Part shown: positions 36,869-49,800 of the stretch, one piece after another | Layout of the letters: each line of letters opens with the position of its first letter | Numbering within the stretch: position 1 is the stretch's first letter | Origin: Tubulanus polymorphus | Lineage: Eukaryota; Animalia; Nemertea | Reading direction: 5' to 3' | DNA length: 64,000 nt | NCBI RefSeq assembly: GCF_964204645.1 | Contig: NC_134029.1 | Coordinates: forward strand, 12,178,850-12,242,849 | The notes under the pieces: model-generated | What the model was told of the DNA's origin: nothing | The model's database searches: none | The model's input: the letters and a program-made list of their open reading frames with translations, nothing else | Program-made: the position numbers and the translations under genes

Positions 36869-39800
36869 CGGTTTTATCGCCTGCGACAATTCATTATTTT
36901 TGTTTTATCGCCAGCGACAATTCATTATTTTGGTTTTGTCGCCCGCGAAAATCCTTCTTTTTAGTTTTGTCGCCCGCGACAATTCATTATTTTGGTTTTA
37001 TATTTTGTTTTTGTCGCCCGCGACAATTTTTTTTTGGTTTTGGCGCCCGCGACAATTTTTTTTTGGTTTTGTCGCCCGCGACAATTCAATATTTTGGTTT
37101 TATCGCCCGCGATAATTCATCATTTTGGTTTTGTCGCCCGCGATAATTCATTGTTTTGGTTTTATCGCCCGCGACAATTCATTATTACGGTTTTATCGCC
37201 CGCGACAATTCATTATTTTGGTTTTATATTTCGTTTTTGTCGCCCACGACAATTTTTTTTTGGTTTTGTCGCCCGCGACAATTTTTTTTTTGATGTGTCG
37301 TCCGCGACAATTCAATATTTTGGTTTTATCGCCCGCGACGATTCAATATCTTGTTTTTGTCGCCCGAGACAATTCATTATTTTGGTTTTATCGCCCGCGA
37401 CAATTCATTAGTTTGGTTTTATCGCCCTCGACAATTCAATATTTTGGTTTTGTCGCCCGCGACAATTCATTAGTTTGGTTTTGTCGCCCGCGACAATTCA
37501 ATATTTTGGTTTTGTCGCCCATGAAAATTCAATATTTTGGTTTTATCGCCCGCGACAATTCATTACTTTGGTTTTATCACCACCGACAATTCATTATTTT
37601 GGTTTTGTCGCCCGCGACAATTCATTATTTTGGTTTTATATTTTGTTTTTGTCGCCCGCGACAATTTTCTTTTTTGGTTTTATCGCCTGCGACAATTCAA
37701 TATTTTTGTTTTATCGCCCGCGATTATTCATTATTTTTGTTTTGTCGCCTGAGACAATTCATTATTTTGGTTTTATCGCCCGCGACAATTCATTATTACG
37801 GTTTTATCGCCCGCGACAATTCATTATTTTAGTTTTGTCGCTCGCGACAATTCACCATTTTGGTTTTGTCGCCAGCGACAATTCATTAATTTGGTTTTAT
37901 CGCCCGGGACAATTCAATATTTTGTTTTTATCGCCCGCGACAATTCATTATTTTGGTTTTGTCGCCCGAGACCATTCATTACTTTGGTTTTATCGCCCGC
38001 GTCAATTCATTATTTTGGTTTTGTCGCCCGCGACAATTCATTATTTTGATTTTGTCGCCCGCGACGATTCAATATCTTGTTTTTGTCGCCCGAGACAATT
38101 CATTATTTTGGTTTTATCGCCCGCGACAATTCATTAGTTTGGTTTTATCGCCCTCGACAATTCATTAGTTTGGTTTTGTCGCCCGCGACAATTCATTAGT
38201 TTGGTTTTATATTTTGTTTTTGTCGCCCGCGACAATTTTCTTTTTTGGTTTTATCGCCTGCGATTATTCATTATTTTTGTTTTGTCGCCTGAGACAATTC
38301 ATTATTTTGGTTTTATCGCCCGCGACAATTCATTATTACGGTTTTATCGCCCGCGACAATTCATTATTTTAGTTTCGTCGCTCGCGACAATTCACCATTT
38401 TGGTTTTGTCGCCAGCGACAATTCATTAATTTGGTTTTATCGCCCGGGACAATTCAATATTTTGTTTTTATCGCCCGCGACAATTCATTATTCTGGTTTT
38501 GTCGCCCGAGACCATTCATTACTTTGGTTTTATCGCCCGCGTCAATTCATTATTTTGGTTTTGTCGCCCGCGACAATTCAATATTTTGGTTTTGTCGCCC
38601 ATGAAAATTCAATATTTTGGTTTTATCGCCCGCGATAATTCATCAATTTGGTTTTGTCGCCCGCGACAATTCATTATTTTGATTTTGTCGCCCGCGACGA
38701 TTCAATATCTCGTTTTTGTCGCCCGAGACAATTCATTATTTTGGTTTTATCGCCCGCGACAATTCATTAGTTTGGTTTTATCGCCCTCGACAATTCATTA
38801 GTTTGGTTTTGTCGCCCGCGACAATTCATTAGTTTGGTTTTGTCGCCCGCGACAATTCAATATTTTGGTTTTGTTGCCCATGAAAATTCAATATTTTGGT
38901 TTTATCGCCACCGACAATTCATTATTTTGGTTTTGTCGCCCGCGACAATTCATTATTTTGGTTTTATATTTTGTTTTTGTCGCCCGCGACAATTTTCTTT
39001 TTTGGTTTTATCGCCTGCGACAATTCAATATTTTTGTTTTATCGCCTGCGATTATTCATTATTTTTGTTTTGTCGCCTGAGACAATTAATTATTTTGGTT
39101 TTATCGCCCGCGACAATTCATTATTACGGTTTTATCGCCCGCGACAATTCACCATTTTGGTTTTGTCGCCCGCGACAATTCACCTTTTTGGTTTTATCGG
39201 CCGCGACAATTCAATATTTTGGTTTTATCGCCCGCGACAATTCATTACTTTGGTTTTATCGCCACCGACAATTCATTATTTTGGTTTTGTCGCCCGCGAC
39301 AATTCATTACTTTGGTTTTATCGCCACCGACAATTCATTATTTTGGTTTTGTCGCCCGCGACAATTCATTATTTTGGTTTTATATTTTGTTTTTGTCGCC
39401 CGCGACAATTTTCTCTTTTGGTTTTATCGCCTGCGACAATTCAATATTTTTGTTTTATCGCCCGCGATTATTCATTATTTTTGTTTTGTCGCCTGAGACA
39501 ATTCATTATTTTGGTTTTATCGCCCGCGACAATTCATTATTACGGTTTTATCGCCCGCGACAATTCATTATTTTAGTTTTGTCGCTCGCGACAATTCACC
39601 ATTTTGGTTTTGTCGCCCGCGACAATTAACCATTTTGGTTTTGTCTCCCGCAACAAACATTATTTTGGTTGTGTCGCCCCGGCAATTCTTTTTTGGGTTT
39701 TGTCGCCCGCAACAATTCAATATTTTGGTTTAGTCGCCCGCGACAATTCAATATTTTGGTTTTGTCGCCCGCGATAATTCATTAATTTTGTTTTATCGCC

Positions 39801-41582
39801 CGCGACAATTCAATATTTTGGTTTTATCGCCCGCGACAATTCATTATTTTGGTTTTATCGCCCGAGACCATTCATTACTTTGGTTTTATCGCCCGCGTCA
39901 ATTCATTATTTTGGTTTTGTCGCCCGCGACAATTCATTATTTTGATTTTATCGCCCGCGACGATTCAATATCTTGTTTTTGTCGCCCGAGACAATTCATT
40001 ATTTTGGTTTTATCGCCCGCGACAATTCATTAGTTTGGTTTTATCGCCCTCGACAATTCAATATTTTGGTTTTGTCGCCCGCGACAATTCATTAGTTTGG
40101 TTTTGTCGCCCGCGACAATTCAATATTTTGGTTTTGTCGCCCATGAAAATTCAATATTTTGGTTTTATCGCCCGCGACAATTCATTACTTTGGTTTTATC
40201 GCCACCGACAATTCATTATTTTGGTTTTGTCGCCCGCAACAATTCATTATTTTGGTTTTATATTTTGTTTTTGTCGCCCGCGACAATTTTCTTTTTTGGT
40301 TTTATCGCCTGCGACAATTCAATATTTTTGTTTTATCGCCCGCAATTATTCATTATTTTTGTTTTGTCGCCTGAGACAATTCATTATTTTGGTTTTATCG
40401 CCCGCGACAATTCATTATTACGGTTTTATCGCCCGCGACAATTCATTATTTTAGTTTTGTCGCGAGCGACAATTCACCATTTTGGTTTTGTCGCCAGCGA
40501 CAATTCATTAATTTGGTTTTATCACCCGGGACAATTCAATATTTTGTTTTTATCGCCCGCGACAATTCATTATTTTGGTTTTGTCGCCCGAGACCATTCA
40601 TTACTTTGGTTTTATCGCCCGCGTCAATTCATTATTTTGGTTTTGTCGCCCGAGACAATTCATTATTTTGGTTTAATCGCCCGCGACAATTCAATATTTT
40701 GGTTTTATCGCCCGCGACAATTCATTATTTTGGTTTTATCGCCCGCGACAATTCAATATTTTGGTTTTATCGCCCGCGACAATTCATTATTTTGGTTTTA
40801 CATTTTGTTTTTATCGCCCGTGCCAATTTTTTTTTTGGTTTAGTCGCCCGCGACAATTCAATATTTTGGTTTTGTCGCCCGCGATAATTCATTAATTTTG
40901 TTTTATCGCCCGCGACAATTCAATATTTTGGTTTTATCGCCCGCGACAATTCATTATTTTGGTTTTATCGCCCGCGACAATTCATTATTTTGGTTTTGTT
41001 GCCCGAGACAATTCATTATTTTGGTTTAATCGCCCGCGACAATTCAATATTTTGGTTTTATCGCCCGCGATAATTCATTATTTTGGTTTTATCGCCCGCG
41101 ACAATTCATTATTTTGGTTTTATCGCCCGCGACAATTCAATATTTTGGTTTTATCGCCCGCGACAATTCATTATTTTGGTTTTATATTTTGTTTTTATCG
41201 CCCGTGCCAATTTTTTTTTGGTTTTGTCGCCCGCGACAATTCAATATTTTGGTTTTATCGCCCGCGACAATTCATTACTTTGGTTTTGTCCCCCGAGACC
41301 ATTCATTATTTTGGTTTTATCGCCCACGACAATTCATTATTTTGGTTTTGTCGCCCGCGACAATTCATTATTTTGATTTTGACGCCAGCAACGATTCAAT
41401 ATTTTGTTTTTGTCGCCCGAGACGATTCATTATTTTGGTTTTATTGCCCGCGACAATTTAATATTTTTGTTTTATCGCCCGCGAGAATTCATTAGTTTGG
41501 TTTTATCGTCCGCGACAATTCATTAGTTTGCTTTTGTCGCCCGCGACAATTCAATATTTTGGTTTTGTCGCCCGCGACAATT
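36868..41582 (+). repeat. 31-bp satellite (TTTGGTTTTRTCGCCCGCGACAATTCATTAT)n with higher-order block duplications; resumes at 42984-43305
   Basis: Roughly 150 visible units. Core TTGTCGC-CC-GCGACAA is palindromic. Variant units recur in the same order. Confidence 0.97.
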
Positions 41583-41584
41583 AT

Positions 41585-42983
41585 TTTTCAGTCCAATTGG
41601 GACTTTAGTCCCAGTGGGCTATTGCGTTCACTTTTCGTCCGTCCGTCCGTCCATAGACGGAATCCAGTTATTTTGGGAAGTTTTGAAGACGCTTCAAGGT
41701 AATGTCTTGATATTTGGTTTATACATGTATCTACCCTAGACACATCGTCAGCCCAAAAACTGGCCCTGTCAGATTCAAGATGGCTGACTGGCAGCCATTG
41801 TTGTTTGCCAAAATCAGCACTTTTTAAACATTTTCGAAGTTTTCGTGGGAAATTTTGAAGACGCTTTGATCAATTACCTTGATCTTTCGTTTGAATCTAC
41901 CAAAGGCCCATCAGCATAAGAAAATTGGGTCGATCTGACTCAAGATGGCCGTCCTATGACCTTTTTAGTGCCCAAAATGTCAATTTTGGCCAGAATTCTA
42001 GGTCCTGTAGCTTCCTACTGGTTTGCCATTTCTCATTGCAATTGCTGATGGGTATTCTTTAGAGAGGGATGTTTTATACCTGGGAAAGGTATTTTTGATC
42101 AGCCAATTATGTCGCAATTGGCGGCCATCTTAGTGTCATCAGTACTCATTCGTAGGTGGGAAAAAAGATACTTAAGCATATTGTGTTGCTATATTCAATT
42201 GGAAAGTTGTAGCCCATAACGTGTTCTATGATTTTGGTGAGTTTCAAGGTCATTGGTTTTTGTATGTGGCCATCAGGGGGCGTTGAATAATACAATAACT
42301 TAGTATTGCTATATTATATTTGTACCAAGGCATATTTTGTTACCATGATCAATCGCAAAGTTGTAGTTCATGACATCGTCTATGATTGTGGTGAGTTTTT
42401 AAGGACATTAGTTATTCCATATAGTCACCAGGGGGCGTTGAATAGTAGAAAAGCTTAGTTTTTCCTTATTAGATTGGTACCTAGGCATAGTTTGTTACCG
42501 TGATCCATTGCAAAGTTGTAGTTCATGACAACGTCTATGATTTTGGTGAGTTTTTAAGGACATTAGTTATTCCATATAGTCACCAGGGGGCGTTGAATAG
42601 TAGAATGGCTTAGTATTTATTTCCTTATTAGATTGGTACCTATTGGCATATTTTGTTACTATGATCAATTGCAAATTGTATTTCATGACATGTACTACTA
42701 TTGTGGTGAGTTTTAAGGTCATTTGGGTTTTGCATATGGTCACCAGGGGGCGTTGAATAGTAGAATAACTTAGTATTTCCATATTAAATTGGTAACGAGG
42801 CATATTTTGTTATCACAATCAATTACAAAATCATAGCTGCTCACATGTTCTATGATTGTGGTGGGTTTCAAGGTCATTGGTTTTTGTATATGGTCACTAG
42901 AGGGCGTTATGTATTGAAATTGTTAGATTGTTGAGCATTTTAAACCACTTCCCAAGTGAGCATGGTGTCCCTGGACCCCTAGT
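41585..42983 (+). mobile_element. HINE-B (DINE-1-like Helentron derivative) inserted in the satellite
   Basis: Head hairpin tgggactttagtccca, (GTCC)n microsatellite, internal ~157-bp tandem repeats, subterminal tcccaagtg, 3' hairpin ending CTAGT. Confidence 0.7.
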
Positions 42984-43691
42984 TTGGTTTTGTCGCCCGC
43001 GATTCATTATTTAACATTCATTAACAATTCATTATTTTGGTTTTGTCGCACGAAACAATTCAATATTTTGTTTTTGTCGTCCCCGACAATACATTATTTT
43101 GGTTTTATCGCCCGCGACAATTCAATATTTTGGTTTTAACGCCCGCGACAATTCATTATTGTGGTTTTATCGCCCGCGACAATTCATTATTTTGGTTTGA
43201 TCGCCCGCGGCAATTCATTATTTTTGTTTTGTCGCCCGTGACAATTCAATATTTTGGTTTTGTCACCCGCGACAATTCATAATTTTGGTTTTGTCGCCCG
43301 TGGTTTTGTCGAAACATTAAGTTTTTTGGTCGAACAGTGTGTTAAGGTCGTTTTGGAAATTTACTCGGTCTGGTATATTTTGGATTACTGTCTATGTCAT
43401 TTGTCAGTTGTCAGGACATTAAACAGAAGACGACTTAGGATACTACCTTGCGTGACTCCACTAGTTAGGCCGTCTCATTCCAAGATGAGGCGTTCCGTTG
43501 ACTTCGGTTACAAGTTTCCGTTCAGAGATAACTGCTGAGCCATTTGGGCGACCTATCATTGATACTGTTTCCTAATAGCCTGTTTAGTAGTGGCTGATGT
43601 TGAGCCTTATCAAATGCTTTGTTGAAATCCACCGTTGAACGGGATTCTAAGACTGTGCAGAAAACTCGTTATCGCTGCTTTGCAGCTATAT

Positions 43692-43820
43692 TTCAAATAA
43701 TAATTTATCTAATTTTTCTAATGCTGGAAGTAATATTAAATTATATATTTCAATTGGATTAGTAACAGTTATTATATTTTCTGGTGTAATATATAAATAT
43801 AAGTATAAATTCAAATCTAA
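43692..43820 (+). pseudogene. Polinton P2 fragment
   Basis: Homologous to 25105-25228 (tctaatgctggaagtaat...). Confidence 0.75.
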
Positions 43821-45172
43821 ATATAGCTGCAAGCAGCGATAACGGATTTCTGCCTTTCTGGAAAGAATGTCGTTCAGGGATGCGAGCAAAGATTTCACCC
43901 GAAATCAGTTCGTTACATTCCGTTTTTTTGAAAGAGTGCCACCTGGGGGTCAACTCACAACATGGATGTGTTGACCCTAATGTGCTACTTCGTGCATGTG
44001 CTACTACGCGCAAAGTACTAATGTGCCAGGTTTTGGGGGAAATAACATCGAGAAGAACGAAGCTACGGTGTTTTACCATTCCCTAGTGACAGTTTAAGCT
44101 CATATTCGGTTATTTTTAGTTCCGAAAAAAGTCGACTAGATAAGAAAACCGAATTTGGCCCAAAGCACAAATTTGGCCTATAGGGTAAACTATGCAGGAG
44201 GGAAGGCCTTATAGTGTTTCTTTTAGTAGAGGAGTGACAAGTCAGTCTGACAAGTCAAGCGATCAGATGGGGACTACAATTCACATATGAAATTGACGTC
44301 CAATAACCATTATAAAAACATAATCACGAACGGTACCATCACTCCCCATTACTGACTGTCACTGGTCTCTGGCTAGCAATCATTCTTTATCGGTGCAGTA
44401 GGTAGGTATTTTCAACTGACTTTGTTCTTCTATGACATTACCATCGCTGCTGCGTCACGATGTGATGTACATGTACAAGGGACCTCCAATTTGTAATGTA
44501 TGTGATGTATAAACTGACTTTAGACCGTTTAATATCGACGATAACAAGGTATCACCGACGCTGACATTTTCTGACGCTAACTATTATGACCCGCCTTTTG
44601 GACCGGACCAATTCAATTCAATTAAGAAAACGCGTACCGGTACAGTAAATAAATAAACCGCTGTTGATTTTTCGAAGTATTGATATCCACGAACAAAAGT
44701 ATACTATTATAGGTTGTTTAAAAGGAACTGCTTTTAATAAAAGTATGAATAAACTTACTTCACAAACAAGGAAGTACATTTTTAACTTGTGAATGGTCGA
44801 ACCCCAGTTATTCACAGTAACCTGTGATTTGGATATTCTCGGAGCCTTCCTTCTTCATCTATTTATGAAATGACGTCACAAACTTTCAGATTCGCGCCAG
44901 TATGCGCGCCATGATTGATGATTGCTATTTCCACCGATGTTACCAATTAAGTAACTTCAAGTTTAAAATAGGAAGCACAGTACATCCATAGAAACTACGC
45001 GCAGAAAGATACTGTTATATTATTATCAGAGTTTAACATTTCGTTTCAAAGTTGTTAGTAGTCAAATCTAATAGAAGATTTTTATGTGACGAAACTAAGT
45101 GGAAAATATGTTAAAATAATAATCAGCAGGAATCCAATAGGGTTTCTGCAGAGGCAGCAGAAACCCTGATAA
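43821..45172 (-). mobile_element. HINE related to family A, inserted in P2
   Basis: Tail tatagctgcaagcagcgataacgg at 43822; head agggtttctgc...gcagaaaccct at 45139-45167. Confidence 0.65.
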
Positions 45173-45267
45173 TAATGATGATAATGATACTGATGATAGT
45201 AGTGATGATAATAAACCTATTATATCAGAAACTAAAACTTAATAATTATTAATGGATTAAAATAAGA

Positions 45268-45812
45268 TGAAAAAAGAACAATATTTAAGAGATTTATATC
45301 ATAACCCAGAGAGTGAAGTATCATATTCTAGTGTTTCAGAATAATGGGATAAAATAAAATTTGATAATGAAAATATAAAATATAGTGAATTAAAATTATG
45401 GTTACAAAATCAACCAACATATCAAATTCGTAAGAAAATGGATACAAATTACTTAACAAGAAAAGTTATGGTTTCATATATTGATCAACAATGGCAAGCA
45501 GATTTAATTGACATGAAGAATCATTCAGAGGTTGTTTGGAACAATTTATATGGAGCGTGTGTTACTCATGATTTTGGAGAACCTAAATTTAAAATAGGAC
45601 AACACGTTAGAATATATAAATATCGAAAAAACATTTTATAAAGGTTATACTCCATATTTTACCGAAGAAATATTTAAGATTAAAAAGATAATATTAACTA
45701 AACCTTTTGCTTATAAATTAGAAGATTTAAAAGATGAAGAAATATAAGGTTATTTTTATAAACAAGAATTATCACTTGTACCAAATCCAGATGAAATAGA
45801 ATACAAAATAGA
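45268..45812 (+). pseudogene. P2 integrase remnant with catalytic core deleted; continues at 63803
   Basis: Matches 25335-25580, then jumps to ~26000-26290. Ends EIEYKIE; KVLKTK resumes at ~63803. Confidence 0.85.
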
Positions 45813-46853
45813 ATAAAAGACCAATGGTCTTGTAGCTCACCTGACCATTAACTAATAGACAGTTTAAAGACTTGTTATATCCCATTTCTAAAATGGATTA
45901 GACGCTGGTCTTATTGCAAGGGCTGGTGCCGTGGCAAGATGGGAAGTGGAAAATCGATATACACATTGCCTTTCAAACCTTCAAAGGAGCGATCAAAATC
46001 AAACGGCAACTCTTGTTTTAATAACCATATTTATTTTCAGATAATGATATCCATATCAAAAGATAGGATAGGCGCTAGGCCTAATCATATCAGAAGTTTT
46101 GTCTTTTATATATAGAATATTGTTTGAAACGTGTTTTTTGAAAAAATCTATAATTCCTGCTTCAATGAGTCGAGGTGGTGATTCATTCTTGGGGTACCGG
46201 TATCTGTAAAACAATGCGTAAGATCAATAGAAATAAAGTGAAAAATAAATTGCATTGAATTGAATTGCAATCACAGTGTAGTAGACAAGAGGATTGATAT
46301 CCTGTCCGTCGGTCCCGTACTAACATCTCGCTGTAGTAGACATTTTTGGGGCACTAAAGACCAATGACAATCATTATTCATAGAATATCTTACCTTCAAT
46401 GAGCAGAAATACCGTGTAAATACACGTGTGAATAAACCAGGAAATGCGGTAGTGCGCGGTGTCACTAGTGTACGGAGACGCATCGGGGTCATTCACAAAT
46501 ATAATCAAAGCAACCGAAACTTTGATCTGTTGAAACACAATGTCAACATTGCGACTAAAATATTATGAAATAAATTTAACCTTGATCTCGATTGATTCGA
46601 ATTTAAAACAAAAATCCACCATTCGGCGAATTCTGTCCACACTTGAATTTTAAAAATGTTCCTAATAGGCTACCATATATCTTGGATCTATCCAAGAAAC
46701 GATAGTTCATAGGTCGAGCCACGTTATTAGAGAGTTAGGCGAGAGTCAGACCCCTGCGTTTAGACCGGAGTAATTATAAAAGTGGGGTTTCAGATCAGAG
46801 TACGAGAGTACTAAACACCACTCATCACCACAAGTAATTTTTTTCCCTAATAA

Positions 46854-49800
46854 ATGGGAGAGAGTGAGTTCCAACTAGAAAACAATAATGTCAATAAAAA
46901 TCAATATTATTGTCAATATTGTAAAAAATACATCGATAAATCTAATAAAACTAAACATGAAAAATCTTCAAATCATATAAAAAATGTAATAGATTTTGAA
47001 ACTCCAGAAAATTCCAATGAAAGAAAAGAAAGATTAGAAAATATGAATGTGGATGAAATAAAATGAAATGAAGTTTGTAATGAATTTATAGTAAAAAGGA
47101 ATTATAATAGACATCTCGAATCACAAAAACATTATAAAAATTTGAGTAATAATGTTTTAGGATTAGAATATTTTGATAATAAACCTCAACAAGTAAAAGA
47201 ATCAACTTCAAAAACTAAATCCATTTCAAATAAACCTTACATGGAAAATGTTAGAAATTATATTGATTCACTAGAAATAAAAGATACAATTGAAATCTTA
47301 GAAACATTACATAGTAAAATTGGTCCTGCAGCTATTATATTTAGATTTTTTAAAGGTACAACAATAGAAGATTATAGTAAATTTAATGAAATAATAGAAA
47401 AAATAATAGATTTGATAACAGATGTTGAATATCCAAAAATTAGTATCTCTGGGAAAGTAAGTTTTATAAAGTCAGAAGAAAAAATGAATTACAATATTCA
47501 AACACTCTCTGAAGAAATAATTTCAAAAACACAAATAAAAGAGAAGTTAGAAAAAATATTAAATGAATTTAAACGTCATATTGAAGAAAGATATTTTGAG
47601 GGTTCTGGCTTAACATTGAACGAAATTATATATTTAGATTTAAATGTTTATAATACAAAAAGGAATAAAACATCAAAAAGTAATAAAATGTTTAAAAATG
47701 ATTCAAACTTTACAACAGAAAAGGATATTAAAGCATCATCTTATATTAAATTACCATTTACAACAAAAGCAGTAATAAATGTTCAAAATGAAGATAATAA
47801 ATGTTTTCTATGGTCAATTATTAGTTGCTTACATCCAACACAGGAAAATGTTTGTAGAATAACGAATTACCGGAAATATGAAACATTATATAAAATTGAT
47901 CAATATCCAGTAACTATAAAAATGATTCCTAAAATAGAAAAAGTTAATAATTTAAAAATAAATGTATTCGAATTAATGCAATTACCAAAGACAAAAGGTG
48001 AAAATATTAAAGATTATACATTGGAAGCTTTATATTTAACAGAATATTATGATGATGAAAATGCTATAGATTTGTTATATTACAAAAAAGATGAAAATGA
48101 ACATTATATGTGGTTAAAACAAATTGATTTATTCTTTAGAACAACAGAAAGTGATCATCATCGTAAAATTTATCTATGTAGAAAATGTTTATCTAAATTT
48201 ATGACTGAGAATACATTACTAAAACATAAAGAATTATGTGATAATAAAGATTTTTGTAAATTAATAATGCCAACAGAAAAAGATTATAAATTGAAATTTA
48301 CTAATCATAAATTTAAAAATATTGTTCCATTTGTAATTTATGGGGATTTTGAATCGTTGAGTAAAGAATTAACTGATCAAGATAGAAAAGAAATATATAA
48401 CAAAAAGCAATTATTAAAATCAATGGATAAAGGAAATGATTTAAATGAAGACATAATACAAGACCCACCAATTATAAATACAATTTAAAAAGTTCATCAA
48501 AGAGCTGCTGCTTATGGAATTTATATAAAATCAAATTATCCCGAATTATATGAAAGTCAATATATTTCTTTTAGAGGTGAAAATGTAGTTAATGATTTTT
48601 GTGATAAAATTATTGAATTAGAAAGTGATTTTGCAAAATTATTAAACAAAAATAAAAGAATAGTTATGACAAAAGAAGATGAAATTGATTTTAATTATGC
48701 AACTCATTGTTGTTATTGTGAAAAACGTTTTTATTCATTTGATAAAAGAGTTAGAGATCATGATCATTTAAATTCAAAATATCGTGGAGCTGCTCATGAA
48801 GATTGCAATTTACAAGCTAAAAAAGTAAATTTCGTACCAATATTATTTCATAATTTATCAGGATATGATACCCATCTATTTATAAAACAATTATCGGGAA
48901 AATTGGGCGCAATTAATCAAGAAATAGAAGAATATAATGCTATGAATGAAGCAAATGTAAGAAAATATGATTTTAAACTATTAGCTAAAACATCTGAAAA
49001 TTATATTTCATTTCAATTTGGTTGCATTAGATTTTTAGATTCTTATAGATTTCTAGCAAGTTCATTAGATAATTTATCAAAATCATTAGTTGATAATGAT
49101 TTTATTATAACTCGATATTATTATCCAAATGACCAAGATTTTAAATTATTGAGATATAAAGGCGCAATTCCTTATTCATTTTATAAAACACATGATGATT
49201 TTAATGTAACAGAATTATTAAAAGATCAATTTTATGATAAATTAAAAGAGGAGTATGTGAAAGATGAAGTGTTTAATAGAACATTAAATATTTGGGACCA
49301 TTTTAAGATGAAAAATCATGGTGAATTAGTTGATTTATATTTAAAATCAGATGTTATGATATTGGCTGACATATTTGAAAAGTTTAGAGAAGTTAATCTA
49401 AACCATTTTAATGTTGATCCTTGTTATTGCTACTCTAGTCCTGGTTTAACCTGGCAATGTGGTTTAAAATATACAAATGTAGAATTAGATTTATTAAAAG
49501 CACCAGATATGGTTTTATTATTTGAAAAATCAATTAGAGGTGGAATTAGTGGTGTTATGGGAGATAGGTATTTTAAAGCAAATGATGAATATAAATTATT
49601 ATATATTGACGCCAATAATTTATATGGTTGGGCAATGATGCAACCTCAACCATATAAAAATTTTATATTAACAGAAGTTGAAAATGATGATGAAACTGAT
49701 TGGGAAAGCGCAATTGCGAGTTTAAAAGATGAAGCACCAATTGGTTATTTCTTTGTAGTTGATTTAGAATATCCTGAAAATATAAAGTTTAAAACAAGAA

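Larger units (their letters stand above)
33216..43692 (+). mobile_element. Large HINE-A insertion splitting P2, with cargo
   Basis: Head tagggttttctgttacatcacagaaaaccc at 33220; tail gaaaactcgttatcgctgctttgcagctatattt at 43660-43692. The flanks rejoin as one Polinton ORF. Confidence 0.7.

Noticed and set aside
36831-41495. Many overlapping ORFs (VLSPATIHYFGF...)
   Set aside because: Artefacts of a stop-poor 31-bp repeat read in all three frames.
36868-41582. CRISPR array (palindromic ~31-bp repeats)
   Set aside because: Units are contiguous with no unique spacers, there are no cas genes, and the context is eukaryotic. It is a satellite.
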